64,000 nt of DNA from Nemertoderma westbladi (Eukaryota; Animalia; Xenacoelomorpha). The notes under the pieces are model-generated. The model saw only the letters and a list, made by a program, of their open reading frames with translations. It was not told where the DNA came from and searched no databases. Numbering within the stretch: the first letter of the stretch is position 1; every line of letters begins with the position of its first letter. Below are positions 39,913 through 51,763 of the stretch, in pieces. The stretch is taken from assembly GCA_032718475.1 (NCBI GenBank), contig JAUCBJ010000865.1:1-64000 (forward strand), read 5' to 3'. A program made the translations under genes and the position numbers.

Positions 39913-41965
39913 CAGGTTGGAATTTATGTAGAGTTTGCTCAACATGTGTGGCGCGGATTAAGGATCCTGGCGCGTAGTGACAGGGGCGTGTGGCGCGGAT
40001 TAAGGATCCTGGCGCGTAGTGACAGGGGCGTGTGGCGCGCATTGAGGATCCTGGCAGTCCTGGCGCGAATATGGATGTAGGGTTAGGTTAGGAGGACAGT
40101 AGGAGGTTGCGTAGCAGTGCACTAGCACAGTAGCAACACATCCCACTCTACAGCTCTATTTGAAATTATTCCATACAGCCATCATGCCATAGGTTTAAAA
40201 AGATTGAAAAATGTCCGCTCGCTTCGCTCGCGTTTATACTGTACTGTAAGCCTACTCTTAGCACTGTCTGGCTGTGGACAAATGGAAACAGACAGATTGA
40301 GCATGACCATTAAAAATATGACTTGTTTCAAAAGTTTTTCAATTGTCAGATTCTTCAAACCAATAAAACCATGACAGCCTGCATGATTCAGCAGAATTTC
40401 CGTGCTCGCTACGCTCGCAATTTAATGACATCTGCATTTCTGCATTTGAAAACAGTCGGTTTGCCTACTTTAAATGCTGAAATGTTAAAATTTTCGTGCT
40501 CGCGGGTCCTACTAAATACTACAAAAAGCACAAAACAAGCACAAAAAAGCACAAAAAAGTCAAGAAAAGCACAAAAAAGCACAAAAAAAGCACAAAAAAG
40601 CACAAAAAAGTAAAAAAAAAAGCACAAAAAAAGTAAAAAAAAAGCACAAAAAAACATTCTCACATCAAGAGAGATGGGGGGGGGGGGGGGGGGGCGAAAA
40701 TATGAGAGATATTGTTACAGACACCCCCTTCCCCCCCTGACATATAAGATAAGTACGCATGAACTCCTAAACAACATTGCAAACAATCTGGCAGTTATAG
40801 AAATTTCAAAGTATACAGTAGTGTTACAACAGCAGTGGTTAAACCCAGGCAGGAACTGTGTTTCCAACAGACGCAGATATCGTAACCAAGGCAGTTCCGA
40901 CCTAAGCGAGATTCTTGCAAGTATGACTATGACTAATATCATCATACTTGTCCTCAGACGTTATCGATCGCCCACTGGAGAGGTTCGGGCAGACCGTGAT
41001 GTGATATAATTCAGTAATTGTACAGTATGTCGATTTATCGGTGAATAAAGGCATTCCAATAATAGAATGATCGCGATTTCGGTCAACACTGACATATCCA
41101 GTTTACAAGCGCCTATGCTGCGTCGCTACATCGTTACAAGTAATTAACCAGAACGCTGATAAGTTGACATAATGTGACAAGACAATAACAACGTCTACTA
41201 CAGTATTATAAGTTCTATCCTGATATTTGAATTGAACCATCTTTACATACTGACATTAGCCTGATATTGCACTATGGTGCTCGTGGTAGGGCTGTACCTT
41301 AAGTGCTCGTGCTGGTACTCACCCACTGGCAGCTATATGACATGAAAGCATACTGGACATGTGATTATCCTTCCGGTAGCCTAGCACTACTGCACTACAT
41401 GATATTGCTTCTATCATCTGTTCTATTACAAGCTCAATAAACATCTATCAGTTTGCTTTTTTGTGCTTTTTTTATACTTTTTTGTGCTTTTTTTTACTTT
41501 TTTTGTGCTTTTTTGTGCTTTTTTTGTGCTGTTTTGTGCTTTTCTTGACTTTTTTGTGCTTTTTTGTGCTTGTTTTGTGCTTTTTGTAGTATTTAGTAGG
41601 ACCCGTGCTCGCTACGCTCGCATCTTGATCACATCTGCATTTAAAAACAGTCAGTTGACGTTGACCTACTACTAGGCCTACAACTACCAGACTACAGCAC
41701 TATCTGACTATTACTGTCAGTGGTCAGACTGTATTTATGTTTAACATAATTGGAAAATTTCCTTGCTCGCTACGCTCGCATTTTAATGTTAAAATACTGT
41801 AGGGCTGCAGCATTATAAACTGATAAATTATTAAAATTAAGCAATTACAACAAAATTTCATAGTCAATTGTTGGCTTGGCGCGCATTAGATATGGCTGTA
41901 TGGCTGGCGCGATTTTCGTTTAACCAGAACGCGTGTGGCGCGCTTTTTGTCAGTATTCCATATAG
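39913..41965. mobile_element. Element inserted in the hAT left TIR with a 10-bp TSD (Mutator-like)
   Basis: GGGCTCGATC duplicated at 39903-39912 and 41966-41975; the left terminus CAGGTTGGAATTTATGTAGAGTTTGCTCAACA also occurs at about 11416; 43-bp tandem repeats at 39945-40070. Confidence 0.6.
40504..41604. mobile_element. MITE with long AAAAGCAC-rich TIRs and an 8-bp TSD
   Basis: GGGTCCTACTAAATACTAC...GTAGTATTTAGTAGGACCC; perfect TSD GTGCTCGC at 40496-40503 and 41605-41612. Confidence 0.8.
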
Positions 41966-43386
41966 GGGCTCGATCGGAGTTGGGATTTGGCCGGAGCCGG
42001 AGCCGGAGTTGGCCAATTTGGCCGGAGCCGGAGCCGGAGTTGGCCAATTTGGCCGGAGCCGGAGCAGGAGCCGGAGTTTTTCAAAAATTTTAAAAATTTA
42101 ATTATTTTATTTAAAAAAAAATAAAATATGGTTATCGTTCGCCAATCGCTCATAATCAATCATACTGCTGTACTTACTGTAGGTCTATTTAATTTCATAA
42201 TTTATAAATTTACGAATTTTCAATTTAAAATTTAAGTAATTAATTTATCACGGACAGACGGCCTGACGCTGACGGCTAAAAATTACCTACAGTACCTAAC
42301 TCACTAACTGTCTAACTGTGGTAGAGGTGTGTACTGTAGGTAGCCTACCGCTGTACCGTACGTGTACCAGTACTCCAGTACATTATGCTGGCATGACAGT
42401 CAGTAAACAGTAAATGGCTGCAGTGGTACAGTGTACAATCATAGCATTTACAACAATTTTTTACAGTAGGGCCTATCTGTACAGCTGTAACAGTCTGCTA
42501 GTCAGCCAGCTGGCCAGTACCAGTACTGCAGTACAGTCAGTTCAGTCATTAACTAAGTAAATACTGCAGTATTATGCTTGATATTGAAGCTGTACTACAG
42601 TCTGACAGTACTTATAGTGTAAATAATTGTTCAGATTAGAATATGCACGAAATATAATACTTTATTAAAAAATTAACTCCGGCAATATTTTTACCGGAGC
42701 CGGAGCAGGAGCCGGAGGTGCCAAAATGGCCGGAGCCGGAGCCGGAGGCCGGAGCTCCGATCGAGCCCTAGCCTCGAGTACCACATTGCTAATATACACT
42801 ACTCTGGTACTGGTACTATCAAAGTGAATCAATTTCACGAACCATGTAGGGCTTAAATCTCGTCTGATCGATATATTTTGGAGATACTTCATTAATTTTA
42901 AACATTACTCAATTGATAATTCTTGTAGCTGGACAGTGTATTGCAGCTATGTCTTAATGATCTGTCTGCCCAGCAAATACATATCCAGCGATTAGCACGC
43001 TAATAGCGGGATGTACCATCCTGCTAATATCCCGCTATTTTCATAAGATAATATCCGGATAATCGCCGTAAAAGTGGTCCCCGCTATAGCGGTGTTTTTA
43101 GCGGGATAATTATCCGGTTTTTAGCGGTTCCTTAGCGGCACTTTAGCGTGGATTTAGCGGCATTTGTAGCTGCCCAGGTTAAAAAAAATTCGCTTTGTCC
43201 AATCACATTGGATAGAGGAGGGGGGGGGGGGGGGAGTGGTTAGCCTACCATACCTACCATATGCCTACACCTACACCCTGCGGCCCTACACCTACAATAC
43301 TCTATACAAACTGAGATGTAATCGTTTGAGTATAATAAGAGAATATATAATGCATTAAGACTTAGGAGTATCCTATATAACTTTAA

Positions 43387-43867
43387 CCCTATCCATACCG
43401 GGGGGGGGGACTTTTGGAGACGCACTTTATTTGATTGCTTGGTTCAAAGCCAAACTACATTTATTGCAAGTGAAATTCCGTTACTTTTCCTAAAATTTAT
43501 TATTCTTTATCTTAAAACAAAAATTTATTTTCATATTATTATTTATGACCATGAAAATGACTCGTAAACTGACCTGTCTCTGAAACTGTCATATTATTGC
43601 TGAACTATTGTAGGAGGGAAATTTAAAATTCAATCAATTTAATATCAATTTAAAATCAATTTAAACATAATTATAGTATATAAATATTATATTTGAGTAT
43701 TAGTGTGTGGCATATTTGGATAGAGGAATAAATTTTGTATCTAAAACTTTTTACTTTAAAGTAATATCATCACACCACACAAAGTTATATGCTTCCAAAC
43801 TTTACGTCCCCAAAAGTCCCCCCCCCCCGGTAGTTTGAGCGTCTAAAATACCCCGGTATGGATAGGG
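43387..43867. mobile_element. piggyBac-type MITE
   Basis: TTAA|CCCTATCCATACCGGGG ... CCCCGGTATGGATAGGG|TTAA. Confidence 0.85.
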
Positions 43868-44149
43868 TTAAGCGATCATCAAAAAATATTAATTCGATTA
43901 TTAAAATCTATACATTTGATCTTATTTACAATCATATTAGATAATTCATAATTATGAATTTATTAAAAATAATAAATTGTAAACTGTTTCTAATCGATTA
44001 TTCGAAGACAAGAAACCATATATCTATCCAATAATTTCAGTTTTCTGCAAATTGAGGTAGTGTCGGGTGGTTGGGGTTGGTGGTTTATGTAAATGCAGTT
44101 TAATTTTTGACAGTTTAATATTTGTTGTTGGGATGTTGTTGGTTGTTAG

Positions 44150-45956
44150 TATAGAATTATATTCCCTAAATGCCGTGGATTTTCAAAATTTTATTTTATT
44201 CGAATTAACTTTGTAAAGATTGCTTTGAGTTCTCATTAGTATTGGTTCTATCTATTGTGTATCTATCGGTCAAGTGGTTCAGTAGCTCAGTTGGTAGAGC
44301 GTTGGAAATTATATGTGTAGTAGGTATCGAGTTCGAATCCTAGTAAGTGCGAATTATTTTTTGTGCAGAATTTCAACTCATTTAAATTAACCGCTACAAA
44401 TTAATTGCATTTGTCTGTACCAATAAGGCTGTAGTTATTTGATTGTAACCAATGTCGTGCAAGTTATATATTAGCTGGACCAATAAGCTATCTTTAAAAC
44501 CTTGTTAGAACCCATAGAACAATCGAGAATTTTCTCGATTGATTGCGGCACAAATTTGCTATATAAAGGTGCGATTTGTTCATTAGTTATCAAAACTTAT
44601 TCACATCTTATATCTCAATCTTTCACAGATTATCTTATCAATATTCTGTCGTGCTTAGTTTATTCTCAGATTACATTGTATTATAATTGTGTCTTCTGTA
44701 ATAAAGTCAGAATATTCTCTCAGCTTTTCTGTTTTACTATGAATTCACTACGGTGAACAAACTCAGGGACAGGATGGCCGGCTAAAGATCGGGCCGCAGC
44801 AATGAACGGGAACATCACGGGAATGTAGACGAGAGACAACCCGCAATACCATTTAGAGTTATTCGCCCATCGCCTGAAAGGTTAGACAGCGTTCGATCCT
44901 TGCTACCTAAGTATAAGACCAAAAGATCAAAAGGTAGACGTAGTGACACGCTGCAAGCCTAAAATTACATCATAGGGACTGTACTGTCTTGATTCAGGAA
45001 AACCCACAGTAGACCTTCACATTCCTACGGGGGAGGGAGAGAGAGCAGATACTAGTACGCAGATAGGACGTAGGCACACCGGTACAAGGCATACACATTG
45101 GTTAGGGTGCAGCAAACTGTACGCTTAACTCTTGCTAAGTACAGGTGCGTGTGCGACTATTTGCAGTACGACAGTGTCCATTGCATCAGAACTTGTAGGC
45201 TAAGGGGGTTGCTGTGTTTTCACCTGAATTGGGATTGTGCCGTTCAGGCGGTAGGGCAGTTTACGCTAGGCGCAAATAAATTGAGGCTATCAGGGATATA
45301 CTAACATCTACCGTGTCCCCGCCAACGCCCTGATAGGAAGTTACCTGGACTACCTGGGTGACTAAAATTCTAGATAGGAGCCAGGATAGCTATTAGTACC
45401 CGTACGCCTACAGTAGTAAACTAACACATCTCTTCTTAGTATCAGGGACCTGGTACCTAAAATTGCCGAATTCTGGGCGTAGTATTAACCTTATGCCTGA
45501 ATTTGAGTCCTGGAAATACGCAAGAGGGGAAGGAACCTTATCATTCGTAAGTATTGGACCTACAAGTTACAAAATTAGAATATTCGTAAAATGCACACCG
45601 TACCCAGTAATTATATATGTGAAGGAGCAAAACTGTTTTGACCGTTCAGAATTAACACACGCGCGTTAGAAATTATTTACACCTCGAAATATATAAAATT
45701 AACTTTGTCCGTACTGTGCTTTGCCCGCTAGTTAGACATCTCCAAATCTGCTCTATACCTAGCTAGCGTCCCTTTGCCCAACCATATAAATCACACCGCG
45801 GCAAAGTATACGAGCCCCTTAGTCCGTCAGTGAGTCAGCCTGATTTTAGGATTCGCTGCGCGGGATTTTGTTTCATCGAAGTTTGTCTGCTCGTAGACTG
45901 TTTTCTGCCTCACTGGTTATAAGAGATCGATACTGCAATATATTCGCTTACTTAGA
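44150..45956 (+). repeat. 5' LTR (minimum extent; may continue to about 46390)
   Basis: Matches 62194-64000 with only about 2 substitutions seen by eye. It begins TATAG rather than TG. A possible end is CTCAACA at about 46390, before ACTTTGGT. Confidence 0.9.
44276..44352 (+). ncRNA. tRNA-like Pol III unit inside the LTR (second copy 62320-62396)
   Basis: A box TAGCTCAGTTGG with D-stem GCTC/GAGC, B box GTTCGAATCC, T6 terminator. Acceptor and anticodon arms do not pair, so it is not a functional tRNA. Confidence 0.6.
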
Positions 45957-46884
45957 GTTTACTGTTTTGGTGAGAAGGTCGGATTTATGATTTGATTTAC
46001 AAATTTTACAGTAAGATATTGCAGGTATTGTTACCGTCTCTTCCAATAGTAGGAATAGGCGTATCTCTTCAATTAGTAGGAATGTGTTTTACTGAACTAC
46101 GGTTCGGTAGGACTAAAGTTATTTGAAAATTTTGTATTTTGAGGTAAAAGTTTGTATTTGATTAGCTAAGTGCTAATTTTTTGAAATAAAATTTGATTTG
46201 AACCGCGTGTAAAATATTTTTGGAATTAAATACCGGTGTTTAAAAGGGTTTAAATACCATATTGTACCGGTACAAAAATTTTCGTAAAGTAAAACCTAAC
46301 TCTTTTGTTTTTCAGGATTCAGAACTCATTTCTAGACTGTAACGGGAGCAAGACCGTGTTTAGCAAGTTTGGGAGATAGATAACTCAACAACTTTGGTTG
46401 GGAAAATCGCGTTTCGTCCGCAACGTTAAAAACGGAAAGGTTCACGTTCGGTTTGTATCTGGGAATCTGTTTTTCTGGAGAATTATTGGAGTGGGTGAGT
46501 TCGAAAAGTTGCATAAATAAGTTAGGCATTACCGTATTAGTTAAAATTATTGTGGGTTCCACTGTCTCAAGTATTTATGCATTCCGTATGATTTCTTTGT
46601 TCATTGCTGAATTAGTCCGTATTATTGTATTTAATTTACCTTTTGATAACGCATATCGTTATCCGATTTATTTGTTATAAAATTGGCCGCTAGGCTAATT
46701 TTATTATATACTTATTCCGTGACATTTATTTGCTGTAAAATTGGCCGTTTAGGCTAATTTTATCCATCTGCTATAAAATCGGCCGGTAGGCTAATTTTAT
46801 AAGACTGTAATTAGTACCGTTTAGATATAAATACGGTAAACTCGATACTTTGACACTCACTTTACTTGACTTACAACTACCGAA

Positions 46885-49800
46885 ATGAGTGACAAACAAG
46901 ACTATACGAAGAACACACAAACCGACTATGACTCATGTGACGCGGATAAGTCAGCAGCGGAAGAACAACAGGGGAAGACTCGCGAGCCTACCGAACCTAC
47001 ACCGTGTGCGTCACCAGTACATCCAACGGGAGTACCGGATGCCGTAGTACGAGGCGACGGCAGGACCGAGGACTTTCTAACTGTTCCGCAACCTAGATAC
47101 AGGGAAACGGAAATGGTAAGTTCAGCAGGAAGTACAGAAAGTGTGGTTAGAAGCGTCGGAGGTTACATGGCGCATATTACCAGGAGTATTGGAGAAGGCC
47201 AACGCATATTAGACGGGTTGACCGCTCCGATGTCTCGATTCGAGTTCTACACCCTCCAGGTTAGAGTACAGAGTAAAGTATATAAGTCCGTAGATAATCT
47301 AGTTGGCCTACAAGATCTAGCTAGACAGAGACAGGACATGGATACTCAACTTAGAATCCTCGAGAAACTAATGATCACTAGAGAGAAACTGATTCAGTTT
47401 AAGTCGACGATTAGACAGATACAACAGGAACAAGCGGACCAGTTGTTAGGTGAGTCAGTTTCGGACGAATTATTACAACCCGAGGAAGAACAGGAACTGT
47501 ACCGACTGGATGGACAATTAAAACACCTGACGGACCACTTACGTATGTGCGGCGAAGACGTCGGAGATTGGGAAACCGTGCCGGAATATACGAGGGAAAC
47601 TTCACCCGTACAAATCGAATCAGCACCGGGAATACTGGACCAATCGTTGGTAAGTATTCGTAGCGAAATCTGCGAGGGAAGTATAGTCACGTCAGAAGTT
47701 GCTCGACAACAGCAAGAATTCCACCGACAACGACAAGAAATGGAAGAACAAGCTCAACTTCTAGTGATGCAGGCAGCAGTAGAGGAAGAGAAGCTACGCG
47801 TTGCGAATATAGCAAGAATCTCTCATCTACAGGAACAAGCTGAATTAGAAGCAGCTGAAGTAGAAAGGTTAGAAGTAGACATTGCCCGACAAGCGGCAGC
47901 GGCAGCGGCCGAGGTAGAGCGACGAGCGGCAGCGGCCGAATTAGAGCGACAAAACGCAGCGGCCGAGTTGGAGCGACAAACGGCAGCGGCAGCGGCCGAG
48001 GTAGAGCGACGAGCGGCAGCGGCCGAGTTGGAGCGACAAACGGCAGCGGCAGAATTACAACGAGAAAGGTTAGTTTCGGAGGCGCGGGCCGAAATGAAAA
48101 CACGACAAATAAAGGCTCAATCCGCTATACGACAAGCGGAGTTTGAGGCGCAACGACAACAAACGGAACAACGAGAGAAGACAGCTAAACTTCATTTCGA
48201 ACTCGAGAAGAAGGCGAGAGAATTAGCGAACGCTGAGGAAGATCTGGATCAAAAGGCCCGCGATAGATCGATGAGATCTCGTGACGGACATGATTTGGAC
48301 CAGTTAGAGGTAAGACATCGCCAAATTCAGGAACGGAAGAAGGAAGGAAGCGTAGGAGCACCCGGACGGGAACGACAATTAGTAAAAGACGTGTGTCAAC
48401 GATTCCCACAGGTAACTCATATGTTTGCACCGGTTACGACTAAGGAACCTGTTTCGATTGCGGGTAGTAGTGATATTTCTCCTATCCATGGTGCGACGGA
48501 ACACAGGTTTGTTATTCCGGACGAGTTTATACCGCCAAGAGCGACGTCGTCGCCCATTCCGAAAGTCAAGGTAAGTAACCCACCGATTACGGATCGTAGT
48601 AGTTTATTGACCGGACCCGCACTACTGACGACAAAACAGGTGAGTCCACCTTTGACACCTAAACCCGTAACACATTACGCTTATCCAATGACGTTTCGAC
48701 CTACAAGGCCCGTTGTTTCAAATGCTGTCATTCGCCCACCGAACCAGTTTACATCGCAATCTACGACTTCGAGGAAGACTTGTGAGCCTACCGAACAACG
48801 GAGAACAGTGGAGACGCGACCACCGAACCAGTTTACATCGCAATCTACGACTTCGAGGAAGACTTGTGAGCCTACCGAACAACGGAGAACAGTGGAGACG
48901 CGACCACCGAACCAGTTTACATCGCAATCTACGACTTCGAGGAAGACTTGTGAGCCTACCGAACAACGGAGAACAGTGGAGACGCGACCACCGAACCAGT
49001 TTACATCGCAATCTACGACTTCGAGGAAGACTTGTGAGCCTACCGAACAACGGAGAACAGTGGAGACGCGACCATTCAACCAGTTTACATCGCAATCTAC
49101 GACTTCGAGGAAGACTTGTGAGCCTACCGAACAACGGAGATCAGTGGACGATGTTCCGAAACGGAATGTTAGAATTCGAACGACGCAACGGACGCGAGCA
49201 CGTCGACCTCCATATCCAGATGATAGTAGTACTTCGAGCGAATCGGATTACCCGAAACGCGAGGTATTTAGAACAGGGGCGGCTGATGAATATAAACGCG
49301 AGCGTTCAGACAACTCCTTTGCAGATAATCCTCCACAGAATACACCAACACAGAAGGCGTTACAACCAACGGACGCAATTAGTACACAACAGTTCGCCGA
49401 CATTCTGCGACCAGTTGTTAATAAGTTGGCTCAGATCGAGGAACGTCTGGAGGAAGGTTACACCGACAGTTCGAGAAATTCCGAATTCGAACACAATAGA
49501 CACCCGAAGGAACCACAAAGACCGGTACCTTCAAACCCCATATCGTATCAGGGAAAAGCGCCAAGAAGGGATATCAACCAGTGTACCAACCAAGGACGCG
49601 AAACTCTGAACGTTGCCGAGGAGATAGCGAAATTCGCAGCCAGACAGGGATTGCCGGTACAACAACCACCGAAGTTTTCCGGTAGCTCAAAACACTGGCA
49701 TACCTTCGTAGACTATATCGAATCCCAGATCGCCGTGTGCGCCTTTACATCACGGGAGAAGTTCAATTACCTGCTCCAAACGTTGTCAGGAGAACCTAAA

Positions 49801-50826
49801 CGTTTGGCGGAGACCTTCGTTGGTGTACCGGACGCTTTCGAACTAGCGTACGATCGTTTGACTTCGATATACGGAGGTACAGTGAGTATGGCCAGGTCAG
49901 TAATAGAGGAACTCTGTAAGGGAGGGGCTATCACTAAACCCGTCGACTTACTAAAACTGGCTGACGAGATTAAGAACGCTATCACTACCTTAAGATCAAT
50001 TGGACAACTTGATTACGGGAATACCCCTACAGTTCTATTAAAGATAATAGGACGACTCCACCATCGACTCCGTCGGGAGTGGAGGAAGGTCGAATACCAG
50101 CGAGAGGAGCGAGGGGGATTCCTAAAATTAGAAGATGTGTACCTTTTAATATCCAGGGAGGCGGTAGTAGAAACTCGATCTAACTATACCGACCAGCACA
50201 TCGTGGCAGAAGGGATCACACTGCCATCCTCCAACCGACAAAAACCCCAGACAACATCCACAAAGACGGCCACTTACGCCACACCGACGGAATCACGACA
50301 ATTCTCAGACGGTAATAGAGTATCTGCGCCCATTGGGACGAAACAGACGAGACAGCAACTCAGCACCGACTTCAACGGCTGCCAATACTGCGAACATCTA
50401 GGTAAGCGGTATATTGGTCACAAGTTACGAGGTTGTCGACAATTTCGCGAGTTGAACTCGGAAGAACGACGGCTGCAGATACGGCCACTGGACTCTTGTT
50501 GGCGGTGTACGCGACACGGACACGTCCGTAAGGATTGCCCAAATACCGACACTTGTCCATCCTGTGGACGCAACCACGACGGTCTGCTCCACACAGACAG
50601 CCACACGCCGACGAAACGCTTCGCCAGGGAACACCCGGAAGCAGCAGCGAGATGTGATGCGGCTTACCGAAAACGAGAATCGAAAACGACTCCAACCTTC
50701 GTGACCCATATTGAGGATTGCTTCTCAGAACAATCCGGATCGTCGGACGAAGAATCAGAAGACGACGATGTATATTCCAATGGAGACGAACAACCGTCGA
50801 TACCTAAAGAGGTGAGGTCTCTATAG
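46885..50826 (+). CDS. BEL/Pao Gag, 1313 aa
   Basis: Long coiled-coil region; DUF1759-like PKFSG..W..F...EKFNYLLQTLSGEP; triple knuckle CQYC..H..C, CWRC...H....C and CPSC...H...LH. Confidence 0.9.
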   Translation: MSDKQDYTKNTQTDYDSCDADKSAAEEQQGKTREPTEPTPCASPVHPTGVPDAVVRGDGRTEDFLTVPQPRYRETEMVSSAGSTESVVRSVGGYMAHITRSIGEGQRILDGLTAPMSRFEFYTLQVRVQSKVYKSVDNLVGLQDLARQRQDMDTQLRILEKLMITREKLIQFKSTIRQIQQEQADQLLGESVSDELLQPEEEQELYRLDGQLKHLTDHLRMCGEDVGDWETVPEYTRETSPVQIESAPGILDQSLVSIRSEICEGSIVTSEVARQQQEFHRQRQEMEEQAQLLVMQAAVEEEKLRVANIARISHLQEQAELEAAEVERLEVDIARQAAAAAAEVERRAAAAELERQNAAAELERQTAAAAAEVERRAAAAELERQTAAAELQRERLVSEARAEMKTRQIKAQSAIRQAEFEAQRQQTEQREKTAKLHFELEKKARELANAEEDLDQKARDRSMRSRDGHDLDQLEVRHRQIQERKKEGSVGAPGRERQLVKDVCQRFPQVTHMFAPVTTKEPVSIAGSSDISPIHGATEHRFVIPDEFIPPRATSSPIPKVKVSNPPITDRSSLLTGPALLTTKQVSPPLTPKPVTHYAYPMTFRPTRPVVSNAVIRPPNQFTSQSTTSRKTCEPTEQRRTVETRPPNQFTSQSTTSRKTCEPTEQRRTVETRPPNQFTSQSTTSRKTCEPTEQRRTVETRPPNQFTSQSTTSRKTCEPTEQRRTVETRPFNQFTSQSTTSRKTCEPTEQRRSVDDVPKRNVRIRTTQRTRARRPPYPDDSSTSSESDYPKREVFRTGAADEYKRERSDNSFADNPPQNTPTQKALQPTDAISTQQFADILRPVVNKLAQIEERLEEGYTDSSRNSEFEHNRHPKEPQRPVPSNPISYQGKAPRRDINQCTNQGRETLNVAEEIAKFAARQGLPVQQPPKFSGSSKHWHTFVDYIESQIAVCAFTSREKFNYLLQTLSGEPKRLAETFVGVPDAFELAYDRLTSIYGGTVSMARSVIEELCKGGAITKPVDLLKLADEIKNAITTLRSIGQLDYGNTPTVLLKIIGRLHHRLRREWRKVEYQREERGGFLKLEDVYLLISREAVVETRSNYTDQHIVAEGITLPSSNRQKPQTTSTKTATYATPTESRQFSDGNRVSAPIGTKQTRQQLSTDFNGCQYCEHLGKRYIGHKLRGCRQFRELNSEERRLQIRPLDSCWRCTRHGHVRKDCPNTDTCPSCGRNHDGLLHTDSHTPTKRFAREHPEAAARCDAAYRKRESKTTPTFVTHIEDCFSEQSGSSDEESEDDDVYSNGDEQPSIPKEVRSL
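48733..49149 (+). repeat. In-frame 84-bp tandem repeat x about 5 in gag (28-aa unit)
   Basis: RPPNQFTSQSTTSRKTCEPTEQRRTVET repeated almost identically. Confidence 0.95.
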
Positions 50827-51763
50827 GGGTGTCGACAGCAGGCGGCGGCGGACTCGTGAGGGTCTGGGGGCACGTTAAATTGTTGTTATAGTGCAAGGGA
50901 GTCACTGAAGGCCCTCGTGTCTAACGAACCATGAATTGCCATGGTGCCGTGGTATCGCCTAGTCGGCCTGTTGCCGTACTGCCAGTCCTGTACACAGTAG
51001 GGGTGGTGGCATGGTGTGATTTGTGGTTCATGTGGCGTGGACTATGTTTTGTATGTGGGCGATCAGTGGCAGTTTGCTTGGGGCTTGGATGGTTCCATTG
51101 ACCGTCAGCTGTTCCGTTTTTTTGATACTATATGTTATTGTCTCCATGTTCAGCTGATTGGTCTTTGGTGGCATTGGAATAAACCGTCGGGTCTTGAGCT
51201 TTCTGTTACTGTGGGTACGTGAGTACACGTGATTGTATGTGTGGCCACTGCGAGTGGGTATGGGAACCCTTGCCAGTTGGACAAGACGCCGCTGGTATTA
51301 GTAGGACCATACTTTACTGCACCCCAGCATACTTTGTGCACACAAAGTTATTTTACCCTGTCGGTAAAATAAGGTACTCTCGACTCTTTTCGAGTTTCAG
51401 TCGATACAATTTTGTCCCCTCTGATTTTGTCTTTCTCGATTTTGACCCCGATTTTGTCTTTACCCGATTATGTCATCTGTGTGTGCATGGTATGCGTCAG
51501 ATTTGTGTTTACCGTAGTGTACTTGATTTCGTGAACATCTGTTGAGTACACGTGTACAGGACGGGTAAGTGGTTACTTGTTCCTAGCTTTCGAGCTAGTC
51601 AGTATTGTTGAGGAACGGTGTCCCCTCAATACTGCCGGCGAGGCAGGTGAAAACGTGTCAAAATTCCAATGTTGGGTAGCACAAGCCCACGTGGGACAAG
51701 ACCGTCGGTTAGGCCCAAGGGCGACCTTGGTGCTCGATCGCTATCGACTGGTCCACCTGCCGG

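Larger units (their letters stand above)
39901..42770. mobile_element. hAT-type non-autonomous element (GGAGCC subterminal repeats) containing nested insertions
   Basis: TAGGGCTCGATC / GATCGAGCCCTA termini; 8-bp TSD gtctcgag/gcctcgag (7/8 match). Confidence 0.7.

Noticed and set aside
44502-45669. Small ORFs repeated exactly at 62546-63713
   Set aside because: They repeat only because they lie in the LTRs; non-ATG starts and no motifs.
50824-50860. Gammaretrovirus-like UAG-G readthrough into pol
   Set aside because: An in-frame TGA follows 10 codons later, and pol is in a different frame about 0.9 kb away.
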